Below, in pieces: positions 1 through 9,879 of a DNA stretch of 64,000 nt. How positions within the stretch are numbered: the stretch's first letter is position 1; the number at the start of each line of letters is the position of its first letter. The stretch lies in assembly GCA_008632985.1 (NCBI GenBank), contig QPGO01000244.1, positions 29,916 through 93,915 on the forward strand. Reading direction: 5' to 3'. The stretch is from Psammoneis japonica (Eukaryota). The notes below the pieces were generated by a model that made no database searches, was not told the origin of the DNA, and saw only the letters and a list, made by a program, of their open reading frames with translations. Position numbers and translations under genes: made by a program.

Positions 1-224
1 CACGCTGGACTTTCTCGTTGAAAAGTGTGCTTCCATGGACGTGACCCAAAAGATTGGCAAGAGTTTTTCTCTCGGCGAACGCAAGGATGCAGATTGGGGT
101 GGCCTTCAACAGTTTCAACCGCCCGATGAACTCTTTACGAGTCACCGCCGAAAGAATGCCGAAATTGACAAATCCCTCAGTTTGGAGCAATTCGTGGGTC
201 TTGCGAAGATCTTTGATGATCTCT

Positions 225-571
225 TGTGACAATGTTCACATTTGCATGTTTTTACAACAACATCGGACCTCCACGATTCCAACCAGAGATCCAAGATTCG
301 AACCCCGTGTGCGATGCTCAGTCTGAATCCCGCGGAAGCCGAGTCACGAATGCGATGTTTGTTCCTGGCTTCGCGCTTGTTCAACTTCGCGTTTCCTTTA
401 GATGGCAGCTGCATCTGCTCACAAAAACTGCTCATGATCTTTCTGGTGCACTGATTGTCACCTCTCTGCTTTTGGTTCAACAAAGTTTGCCGATTGATTG
501 TTGTGTCGCAATCACAGCTTTCAATCACTGAAAGTGCAGACGAATCTTAGAATTCCGACTGCTTTCCCACA
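225..571 (+). repeat. 5' LTR of element 1 (347 bp)
   Basis: Direct repeat of 6429-6776. Confidence 0.97.
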
Positions 572-645
572 CGCTTCCTCTGCGAAATCTGCAAGTTAAG
601 TCAATCGATCTTAAGCTCTCGATTCCACTTTACTCTGCTGTCACT

Positions 646-2140
646 GTGGTCACGCAGACACGAACCACGGCTGCTCTGGCTGCCTCTGTTGCAGCTCCCG
701 CTGCTGCACCCGCTGCAGCTCCTGCCACTGCTGCTGCTCCGGCAACAGCACCTGCTCCTGCAGCCGCTCCAGTTGCTCCTGCACCTCCCCCAGTCGTTCC
801 TCCCGGTGTGCCTCCAGGAGGAGGTGGAGGAGGAGGCGGAGGTGGAGTCCCACCAGGTGGAGTCCCGCCAGGTGGACCACCATTGGCACCTGTGCCACCA
901 CTGCCGATCTTCGCGTTGACTCCAGGTCAACACCGTCCCAACAACTTCATCGACTGCGGCACATCGCAAGGCCTCAAGCTTTGGAACGCCGCTGCTGCAC
1001 CGCTGCCGCACGAGTTCAACGGCGATTCAGAAGGTCTCAAACGGTTTTGTGAGACACTCAGTCAACGAGCTGCCGAGGCAGGATGGAAAACAGGGGCAGG
1101 AGACATGCTTGCCATTCCCAACGCGAATGGAACTCCACGAGATCTCATCTCCGAGTGCGGACCACTCACTCTGCAGGATGCAAAGAACCCACGCGAACAC
1201 CTTCGCGAATCTGCCTGCGCGACAAGCACAGAACAATGTGCAGATGGCCGAGGCGATCTCTCAATCCCTTGCGGAGGAAGCAAGAGACAAGATGTTGGCT
1301 GAGATGGATTCCCATGCGATCAATGGAAATCAAATCGGCACACTGTTCTTCAAGCTGCTTGCGCAAAAGGCCATCGTTGACACACGCTCCACCACCAACT
1401 GCTTCCGCGAGAACTTGTCAAGCCTGGATGCCTGCATGGCGGCTGTCAGCTCGGACATCGAAGAGTTCAACAAGTGCGCCAAGCTCAACGTTGACGGACT
1501 CCAAGCTAGAGGAGAGCAGTGCGACGACCTTGTCATGAATCCATTCAAAGGATGCGCCGCAGCTGCTGACGAAGCATTCGTCAAGCACATCATGTTGCAC
1601 AAGGACAGGCACGACGACGGTGAGGAATTCACACCGACGCAAATCATGACGTTGGCACTGAACAAATGTGCTGACCTCAAGCGCGAGAAGAAGTGGGGAG
1701 CACTGTCACCGGCTGAAGAGCAAATCGTCGCGCTCACAGCCAAGGTAGACTCCATCAAGGATCAGAACCTTCAGCTGTCTAAAGCTTTGAAGGCCAAGGC
1801 TGGTTCAATCAAGGAAAGAAGCACACGGTCAAGGAAGACCAAGACCACTCCACGTCAGAGACAGAAAGCGGACGAAGCCTGGAAGAAAGTCCCGCCTGAG
1901 GAGGACGCTCCTAAGAAGACAGTGAACGGTCATCAGCACTGTCACAAGCGCGTCAACAATCGCGACTGTCACTGGTGCCCATGTCACACTGCTTGGGTCA
2001 TACACTTGCCTGATGATCCGGGCAACCAAGGCTGTAGACTCCGCAAGCAACAGTCTGCTCCATCCACAGACACGTCGGACAAGAAAGTCTCCTTCGCAAG
2101 TGCTGTCTCCACCATCCTAAACGAAGTGGATCAAGAGTGA
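646..2140 (+). pseudogene. gag of element 1 (one frameshift near 1185; start reads GTG)
   Basis: Ala/Pro/Gly-rich N-terminus, FALTPG..IDC..QGLKLW motif and C-terminal HWCPCH..W..H....C knuckle; contains no Tyr. Confidence 0.8.
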
Positions 2141-5100
2141 CTGCTCTGCAGGTTCACTCTGACACTGCTGCTGTCCTTGCAGATGGCCGTCACTGTGTCA
2201 GTGCTCCTGACAGCGGTCGCTGGCGTCATGAAATGTGCAGCACCGATCTGGATCATGCTGCCATTCATGATGCTGTCCCTTCCTTCAGAAAAGTGTAAGC
2301 GCCTGTCACATGCCGCAATGACGCTGGGTGAGTGGGTCATCTCACATGTCCTGGCTGAACCAGGCACAAGACGAGTTAAGACTTGCCAGCGACGGCCAAC
2401 GACGAGGTGCTGCGCACGGCATCATACGTCGACGAGGCCAGGTCACCGCTCCAGAGTGGCCACCAAAAAGGCTCGCTATGTCATTACGCGATGCAAGACG
2501 GTTAGAGCGTACAACTCAACCACACCATGCCGTCCCGAGCGAACGGAGCCCACTTACGATTCGGACTCATTCGTAATCGGTGTCGACTCACATTCTTCCT
2601 GCACCATGTCCAACAACGAGGCACACTTCATTGGTCCTCTTCGCAAATCCAACAAAGTGGTGCTCGGTGTCAAGGGCTACTTGCGTGCTAAGGGAGAAGG
2701 AACAGTGCAGTGGGCAATTGAGGACGACATGGGACGAGTGCACAGCATCAAAATTCGAGACGCGCTACTCGTACCGGACTTACCTCATTGTCTTCTCTGC
2801 CCGCAGCAATGGAGCCAACAAGCTAATGACCACACGCCAGAGCCTCACGGAACCGTATCTTGGACTGGGGACGATGGACTATTACTGATGTGGGACCAGC
2901 GCAAGTACCATCGCCTGATTCCATGGTCCGCCAACTCTAATGTCGCCAAGATGCGCTCCGCACCCGGTTCCAACAAATGCCGGACCTTTGCAGCCACTGT
3001 CGAAGAACAAACCGACATCGAAACTATCGAGCACGTGGCCCATCAAGCTCACATCATACCACCAGACGACGAGAGTATTGCGAATGATGACGAGGCTGCA
3101 ATTGATACAGACGTCTTCAGCAGTCCATCCGAGACACGTCCTTCCGAGACGCAAGACGCACGCAACACTACTGATGAGGATGCTCCTGTCTTATTTGAGC
3201 CAACAGACGGAGCAAGTCGTTCAGACTCAGACGAGGAAAACCTAAGGGATTTCACGACACCGGAGGTACAGCAGGACTTACCGGAACCCATCAACATCAT
3301 ACCAAATGCCACAGATGACCAGGGTGAACTATTGCGTTGGCATTGCCGCCTGGGCCACATGTCATTCAAAATGATAAAGCTATTGGCCGCCCTAGGCATT
3401 CTACCGAAACGCCTTACAAAGGTACACAACCCAAAATGTGCCGGCTGCCTATACGGTGCCATGACGAAACGACCATGGCGCTCCAAGTCCAAGCGGAACC
3501 GACGAATCCACTTGGCAACTTCGCCTGGAGAAGCCGTATCCGTCGACCAGCTCGAGAGTCCTACTCCTGGATTGATCCCACAGCTCAAAGGGAGACCTGC
3601 CAAACAAAGGTATCGAGCAGCGACAATTTTTGTTGATCATTTCAGCGGATTGGGATACACACATTTGCAGAAAGGACTTACCTCAGTCGAGACGCTCGAA
3701 GCCAAGCACGCTTTCGAGGCATTCGCACGCCGGATGCACGTCCGTATTCAACACTACCACGCCGACAATGGAAGATTTGCTGACAATGCTTTCATACAAG
3801 ACGTCAAGAAGCAACAGCAAACAATATCCTATTGTGGGGTCAACGCCCACTTCCAAAACGGCATCGCGGAGAAAAGAATAAGGGACCTCCAAGAGCAATC
3901 TCGGAAGCAACTCCTACATGCAAAAGTGAGATGGCCAACGGCTATTGAGTTGAACTTATGGCCAAGCGCTCTCAGGAACTCAAACGAGATCAAGAATCAC
4001 TTACCGAATCACGAGGACGGCTCTTCTCCGCTGGAACGTTTCTCGTCCGTCAAGGTCCAGCCTAATCTCAAACAACACCATACCTTCGGCTGTCCCGTCT
4101 ACGCCTTGCACAACCGGTTGCAGGGAGGAGGTAGGCTGCCTAAGTGGGACCCAAGGGCAAGGTTAGGAATCAATTTGGGACCATCAACAAGACACGCAGG
4201 TTCAGTTACCTTGGTTTTGAATTTGCAGACCGGACTCGTATCGCCGCAATTTCACGTACAATTTGACGACTTCTTTGAGACCGTTCGTCCATCTGCTGGG
4301 AATCCTCCTACATTCTCACAATGGCAAGGCATTACAGGTTTCAGACAACTCAAGACAAGGAGTACTTTCAACATCTTTGGGAAATCAAGTGATGTACCGG
4401 TTGAGGGATCAGTCCCTACCACAACGGAACCACCTGAGCCGAATTCGGATGTCCCGTCTCAGCTGCTGCATCCTACTGATACGTCTACCACTGATGACTC
4501 ATTTGATAATGCCCAACCGGATGATGAAATGCTATACACGCCTCCAGATGATTCTGACGCACCATCTGAGCCACAGCGCACTATGGGTCAACCCAGTACC
4601 AGCAGGTCCGGCCGACAACGACGCCCGACCGAAAGGATGCGCGAGAGTCAACTACAAAGGGCTCAAGGCATTGTCTCCTACCATGCAGAGGCAGAGGCAT
4701 ATTATGATGCGATGCACGAGGATGATTACAAACTGCAGGACGACATGGACTCACCTATCTCTTTTCTGGCCAGCTCGGACCCCGACACCATGTACTTTGA
4801 TCAGGCTATGCGTGAACCTGACAGAGACGAATTTATCAAGGCCTGTGTTAAGGAGGTCAATGATCATATTGAAAGGAAACATTGGATACTCATTCCAAGA
4901 GAGGACGTACCTGACGATGTTGATGTTCTCCCTTCGGTATGGTCTATGAAGCGCAAAAGAGATATTAAGACCCAAGCCGTCTACAAATGGAAGTCCCGAC
5001 TTAATGTGCACGGCGGAAAGCAAGAGTATGCTGTCAACTACTTCCAGACCTACTCTGCCGTGGTCTTCTGGTTCACTGTCCGGCTCCTATTGATCATTGC

Positions 5101-6385
5101 CATTCTTAAGAAGTGGCATACACGCCAAGTCGACTTCGTTCTGGCGTATCCGCATGCCGATATCGAATATGATATGTACATGGAGTTACCTGCAGGAATT
5201 GAAACAAAATGTGGCAATGGTAAGACTCATGTTCTGAAGTTGCTCAAGAACTTATATGGACAAAAGCAAGCAGGGAGAGTGTGGCAAGAACACTTACGTG
5301 ATGGATTGTTAAGGATTGGTTTCGTACAATCGGCGGTTGATGAGTGCCTGTATTTTCGTGGCAATGTCATTTTCATTCATTATGTCGATGACGGTATCTT
5401 TGCATCCCCTGACAAGTCTGCTATTGACAAGGCGATACAGGATATCAGAGATGAGAATTTTGATATTGATGATCAAGGCACTCTGGACGACTATCTCGGT
5501 GTCAACGTCGAGACACTACCAGACGGCAGAATGAAACTTACCCAACCTCACCTTATCAATCAGATACTGGAGATGGCCAATATTCCAAAGAGACTACCAG
5601 ATAAGTCTACTCCTGCTCCTTCCTCCAAGATCCTCCACAGGCATATGAGTAAGCCTGCTTTCCAAGAGAGCTTTCATTACCGATCCATCATCGGCAAGCT
5701 CAATTTTCTGGAGAAGAGCACTCGACCGGATATCGCTTACGCGGTGCACCAAGTCGCACGCTTTTCTTCCGATCCCAAGGTTTCTCACGGTGAAGCCGTA
5801 CTATGGCTCTGTAAGTACCTAAGGTCAACCAGAACTGAAGGTATTATACTACAGCCCTCAACGGACAAGTCCCTTGAAGTTCACGCCGACGCGGACTTTG
5901 TGGGCAATTGGAATAAGCTGACTGCACCCAATGACGTCGGCACTTCCAAATCTCGAACTGGGTTTGTCATCACCTATGCAGGATGTCCGATTGTCTGGAC
6001 GTCCAAGCTACAGACTCAGATCGCGCTCAGCACTACTGAAGCTGAATTTATCGCTCTTTCGGAAAGTCTTCGAAGCGCCATCCCAATTATGAACCTCATT
6101 CAAGAATTTATGGATTACGGTCATAATGTCCCTTCCAAGACACCAGTCGTACATTGTAAGGCTTTTGAAGACAATTCTGGAGCATTGGAGATCGCGAGAT
6201 TGCCTAAGATGCGTCCTCGGACAAAACACTTCAACCTCACTCTCCACCACTTTAAAGACCATGTTCGCAAAGGTCTCATATCAATCCTACCAATTGATAC
6301 GGCGGATCAGATTGCAGACATTTTCACCAAACCTCTACCACAGAATCTCTTCGTTAAACACAGGAAATCGCTCCTTAAGTGGTAA
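2141..6385 (+). CDS. pol: pol polyprotein of element 1 (protease, integrase, RT, RNase H), open frame
   Basis: GVDSHSS protease-like motif, WHxRLGH...CAGC, integrase VDHFS/ADNG/NGIAE, RT YVDD, RNase H DADF...STTEAE...EDN...ADIFTKPL. Confidence 0.95.
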   Translation: MLCRFTLTLLLSLQMAVTVSVLLTAVAGVMKCAAPIWIMLPFMMLSLPSEKCKRLSHAAMTLGEWVISHVLAEPGTRRVKTCQRRPTTRCCARHHTSTRPGHRSRVATKKARYVITRCKTVRAYNSTTPCRPERTEPTYDSDSFVIGVDSHSSCTMSNNEAHFIGPLRKSNKVVLGVKGYLRAKGEGTVQWAIEDDMGRVHSIKIRDALLVPDLPHCLLCPQQWSQQANDHTPEPHGTVSWTGDDGLLLMWDQRKYHRLIPWSANSNVAKMRSAPGSNKCRTFAATVEEQTDIETIEHVAHQAHIIPPDDESIANDDEAAIDTDVFSSPSETRPSETQDARNTTDEDAPVLFEPTDGASRSDSDEENLRDFTTPEVQQDLPEPINIIPNATDDQGELLRWHCRLGHMSFKMIKLLAALGILPKRLTKVHNPKCAGCLYGAMTKRPWRSKSKRNRRIHLATSPGEAVSVDQLESPTPGLIPQLKGRPAKQRYRAATIFVDHFSGLGYTHLQKGLTSVETLEAKHAFEAFARRMHVRIQHYHADNGRFADNAFIQDVKKQQQTISYCGVNAHFQNGIAEKRIRDLQEQSRKQLLHAKVRWPTAIELNLWPSALRNSNEIKNHLPNHEDGSSPLERFSSVKVQPNLKQHHTFGCPVYALHNRLQGGGRLPKWDPRARLGINLGPSTRHAGSVTLVLNLQTGLVSPQFHVQFDDFFETVRPSAGNPPTFSQWQGITGFRQLKTRSTFNIFGKSSDVPVEGSVPTTTEPPEPNSDVPSQLLHPTDTSTTDDSFDNAQPDDEMLYTPPDDSDAPSEPQRTMGQPSTSRSGRQRRPTERMRESQLQRAQGIVSYHAEAEAYYDAMHEDDYKLQDDMDSPISFLASSDPDTMYFDQAMREPDRDEFIKACVKEVNDHIERKHWILIPREDVPDDVDVLPSVWSMKRKRDIKTQAVYKWKSRLNVHGGKQEYAVNYFQTYSAVVFWFTVRLLLIIAILKKWHTRQVDFVLAYPHADIEYDMYMELPAGIETKCGNGKTHVLKLLKNLYGQKQAGRVWQEHLRDGLLRIGFVQSAVDECLYFRGNVIFIHYVDDGIFASPDKSAIDKAIQDIRDENFDIDDQGTLDDYLGVNVETLPDGRMKLTQPHLINQILEMANIPKRLPDKSTPAPSSKILHRHMSKPAFQESFHYRSIIGKLNFLEKSTRPDIAYAVHQVARFSSDPKVSHGEAVLWLCKYLRSTRTEGIILQPSTDKSLEVHADADFVGNWNKLTAPNDVGTSKSRTGFVITYAGCPIVWTSKLQTQIALSTTEAEFIALSESLRSAIPIMNLIQEFMDYGHNVPSKTPVVHCKAFEDNSGALEIARLPKMRPRTKHFNLTLHHFKDHVRKGLISILPIDTADQIADIFTKPLPQNLFVKHRKSLLKW

Positions 6386-6428
6386 GACGTTTTCGAGTCA
6401 TCATTCCACCCGACATTGTTGAAGGGAG

Positions 6429-6776
6429 TGTGACAATATTCATATTTGCATGTTTTTACAACAACATCGGACCTCCACGATTCCAATCAGAGATCCAAGA
6501 TTCGAACCCCGTGTGCGATGCTCAGTCTCGAATCCCGCGGAAGCCGAGTCACGAATGCGATGTTTGTTCCTAGCTTCGCGCTTGTTTAACTTCGCGTTTC
6601 CTTTAGATGGCAGCTGCATCTGCTCATAAAAACTGCTCATAATCTTTCTAACGTACTGATTATCACCTCTCTACTTTTGGTTCAATAAAGTTTACCGATT
6701 GATTGTTGTGTCGCAATCACAGCTTTTAATCGCTGAAAGTGCAGACGAATCTTAGAATTCTGGCTACTTTCCCACA
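6429..6776 (+). repeat. 3' LTR of element 1 (348 bp)
   Basis: Direct repeat of 225-571, followed by the TSD. Confidence 0.97.
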
Positions 6777-7854
6777 TCTCTACCTACATGACTGTAGTGT
6801 GAATGGCCAGTGTTCGGCCCTCTTTTGGAAAAAGTCGCCCTACGATCCACCTCAAGACCAGCACTTTCGCATGCCATCCGTCGTTGGCAGCCATGATCTT
6901 TTTCAACGTCTGCCCAAGTCTTCCCATGCCAACACATGGCCATCGTCATTTGTTGGTCGAAAGGGTGCCAATTCCAAACTTCACATTGATTCTGCCGCGA
7001 GCTCCTTTTGGATGTACCTCATTTCGGGACGAAAGCGCTGGGTCCTCTACGACCAAGCCGAACGGCCCTTTCTCTATGAGCACATTCAAACAAATGCCTT
7101 TGTTGCCGATGTGCTCGCACTGAACAGCACATCTAATGCGGAGCACCAGTCCAAGATTTATGACTATTTCGATGCCACCTTCCCGTTGATTCGTCGTACA
7201 CAAGGCAAAGCCTATGAGATCGTTCAAGAAGCGGGACAGTTGATTTACATTCCACCCAATTCTCCTCATGCTGTGTGAGCAGCCCTTTTGTTCTGCAGCT
7301 GCATCTTGGAAAGCCTTCTGCAAGGCTGATCCACAGGCATCCGTCACAAACAAGACTCGCTCAACCTTTCCATTGCCCCTTTTTCGTTCTTTTCGTTTCG
7401 TTCAGGGAAAACCTTGACGACGTGGTTGGAGTTGCCTTCAACAGCATGCCTCGAGCCGGTGTTGTGCAACACATTCATGAAGAAATTCATCATGAGCGGC
7501 GTTGTGATGATGTCGAATTGTCACTTCGTTATTTGAAGGAAAACAAAAAGAAGAACGGCTTTAAGCCTGTCGAATCGGCAGATCCATTGCGCACCACTCT
7601 GGGTGAATTCACGGCTCAACACCAATGAGGAGGACATGTGTCGGCTTGCAGACAACAGAACAGCATTCATAATTCTAAATTTACTTTGCCACATCCGGAA
7701 TGTTGTCTCTCATTTTGAACTAAAAACAGAGTTAAAGAGCCCATTGAGAAGAAGTGGGAACAGCAGCAGGAGGCACAGAGGAAGCTGCAGAGGCGGAGGA
7801 GCAGAAGGGACGCATGACGAAGTGTGTGGGGCGACGAGCAGAAGGGATGGGAGA

Positions 7855-8103
7855 NNNNNNNNNNNNNNNNNNNNNNNNNNNNNNNNNNNNNNNNNNNNNN
7901 NNNNNNNNNNNNNNNNNNNNNNNNNNNNNNNNNNNNNNNNNNNNNNNNNNNNNNNNNNNNNNNNNNNNNNNNNNNNNNNNNNNNNNNNNNNNNNNNNNNN
8001 NNNNNNNNNNNNNNNNNNNNNNNNNNNNNNNNNNNNNNNNNNNNNNNNNNNNNNNNNNNNNNNNNNNNNNNNNNNNNNNNNNNNNNNNNNNNNNNNNNNN
8101 NNN
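7855..8103. other. Assembly gap (N run)
   Basis: Run of n. Confidence 1.
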
Positions 8104-8299
8104 AGCAGAGGAAGAGGACCAAAGGGGTCAGGCTGGGAGCAAACAGAGGAGAGCAAAGAGGAAGCGATGGCAAAAGAAGCCGAGAGTGCCGAGGTGATCA
8201 TCAGCAAAACAAAGGAGAAAGATGCCATCATTGTTGAGCAATGCAACAATGAGGGAGCTGTCAGATGAAGGAGTGGAAGGTTCAAGAAACTTTGATCTC

Positions 8300-9800
8300 A
8301 GGCTCAAGTGGTGTGCCTCAGTTCCAAACAGCAGGGGAAGAGGGAACATCAGGCAGGCCAGAAGGAGGGCGAGAGGGAACTTGGGGGGGGGGCGATGACA
8401 ATGGTGTTGTGGTGATGGCAGGAGGGAGTGGAAAGGGAAGAAGGAGAGGGCATGGAGATGCCAACATTGGCGGGGTGGGGCGGAGGAGTGGGTGGCGGGT
8501 GGAAGGAGATTTGAAAGGGTCAGCATGAATGTCACTCTTGGAGGAGTGGCAAAGTTTTGCAAGGGGCCCCAAGGTGTGTTGAGATGCAACAAAGACTGTG
8601 TCACAAAGACCATTGGAGAGCTTGGACCAGTGGCAGCCCTGCTGGCAGGAGAAGGCATGGTCACCACAGGCATGACTGCAGGTGCAGAGCACACTGACAA
8701 GGAAGGGGGGAAGGGCAGGGAGGCAGTGCTTGCACTGGGTGATGACAGCACAGGCATCAGAGGCAAGGCAAGAGCACTGAAAATGGTGAGAGAAGGAGTG
8801 AAGAGGGAGACCAGTCAGTGGAGAAAGGAGAGAATGCAAGGAGAGACTTGCACACTGGGAGGAGCATTGGTGGAGGTGTGCTTCTGACAACCATGATGGA
8901 AATGGCACACCAGGCCAGGGATGACAGCAGATTTGACTGGAGTGGCCAAGGAAGAGCTGGAAGAAGAAGAGTTGGAGGTCAGGATGGAGACAAAGTGACA
9001 AAATGGCATGCAGAGGTGAGGGGTGGAGCAGGGATTGTTCCAGGAGGACAGGGAGAGCTTGGGGCTGCGTGTGTGTGTGGGGGGGGGGGGGGGGGCAATG
9101 GCATCCCCACAAGGCAGCTGAGTGCCATGAGCAGCAAAGTGGAAGGAGCAAAGAAGAGCAATGAGGAAGGAGGGGATGGCAATGGCTGGTGGGTTGTGGA
9201 GACCAAAAGCTGGGAGGAAGGCAATGGCAAGGAAGTGCGGGGGTGGAGCTGGGGGGTTGGCTTGTGGGAGGTGACAAAGTGGAGGAAGCAGTGAGCAGCA
9301 GCAAGGAGGGTGCCTTCAAAGGAGGGGGTCCAGGAAAGGATCCGGGGGCTTGTCAGGGTTGAAGTTGTGGCAGAAGTTGGCACCAAGGAGATGAGGAGAG
9401 GAAGGAACAAAGCAGTGTTGCTTCAAGAGCTGGGCTTGAGTCTGCTTGTCATTGGGAGGTGGGCAAGGAGTTTGTCAACCTTGTCAGAGAGGGTGGAGGA
9501 CACATCAGAGAGAAAGAAGTTGGCAAAGTCTTTGGAAGAGCCAAGGGGCCAGCCAAAGAAGCAGATGCCAAAGGTGAGCTCAGGGTTGTGAGAGGGATCA
9601 TTGGCAGGGTTGATGAGAGAGGAGGAGCAGCTCAAGGAGAGCTGGCTTGAGAAGGAGGAAGAGCAGGGGTGGGGCTGACCACCAGGTTGACCCCAGTGAT
9701 TGAAGCAAGGATCTTGGTTTTGCTCAGGTTGAGCTTGATGCCATTGGGAGCACCAAGGGCAGCAAAGCACTCAAGAAACCACAGGATGGTGGAGTGAAGC
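8300..9800 (-). mobile_element. Decayed non-LTR retrotransposon relic, CRE/RLE-endonuclease type (3' part)
   Basis: Minus-strand fragments in the expected order: GIKLNLSKTKIL (~9710-9740), GICFFGWPLGSSKDF (~9520-9570), zinc knuckle CTCSHACGDHAFSC (~8640-8690) and an LRP..ANVG-like remnant (~8460-8490); many frameshifts. Confidence 0.65.
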
Positions 9801-9879
9801 AGGAACACATGTGCATCGTCAATGCAGGAGAGCCAACAGAGAGGTCAGGGAGCAGCCGGGGGGGTGTCAAGGCAGCTTC

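Larger units (their letters stand above)
225..6776 (+). mobile_element. Full-length Ty1/copia (CoDi-like) LTR retrotransposon, element 1
   Basis: LTRs at 225-571 and 6429-6776 (TG...CA); TSD TCTCT at 220-224 and 6777-6781; purine tract GAAGGGAG before the 3' LTR; domain order gag-PR-IN-RT-RH. Confidence 0.97.
1..7628 (+). pseudogene. JmjC-domain (JMJD4/6/8-like) gene interrupted by copia element 1; parts at <1-224, 6782-7274 and 7406-7628
   Basis: Removing the element and one TSD copy restores a continuous frame ...AKIFDDL|YLHDCSV...WPSSFVGRKGANSKLHID...SGRKRWVLY...YIPPNSPHAV. A GT-AG intron at 7275-7405 joins it to ENLDDVVGVAFN, giving the HxD...H motif. The 5' end is outside the window. 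Confidence 0.85.
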
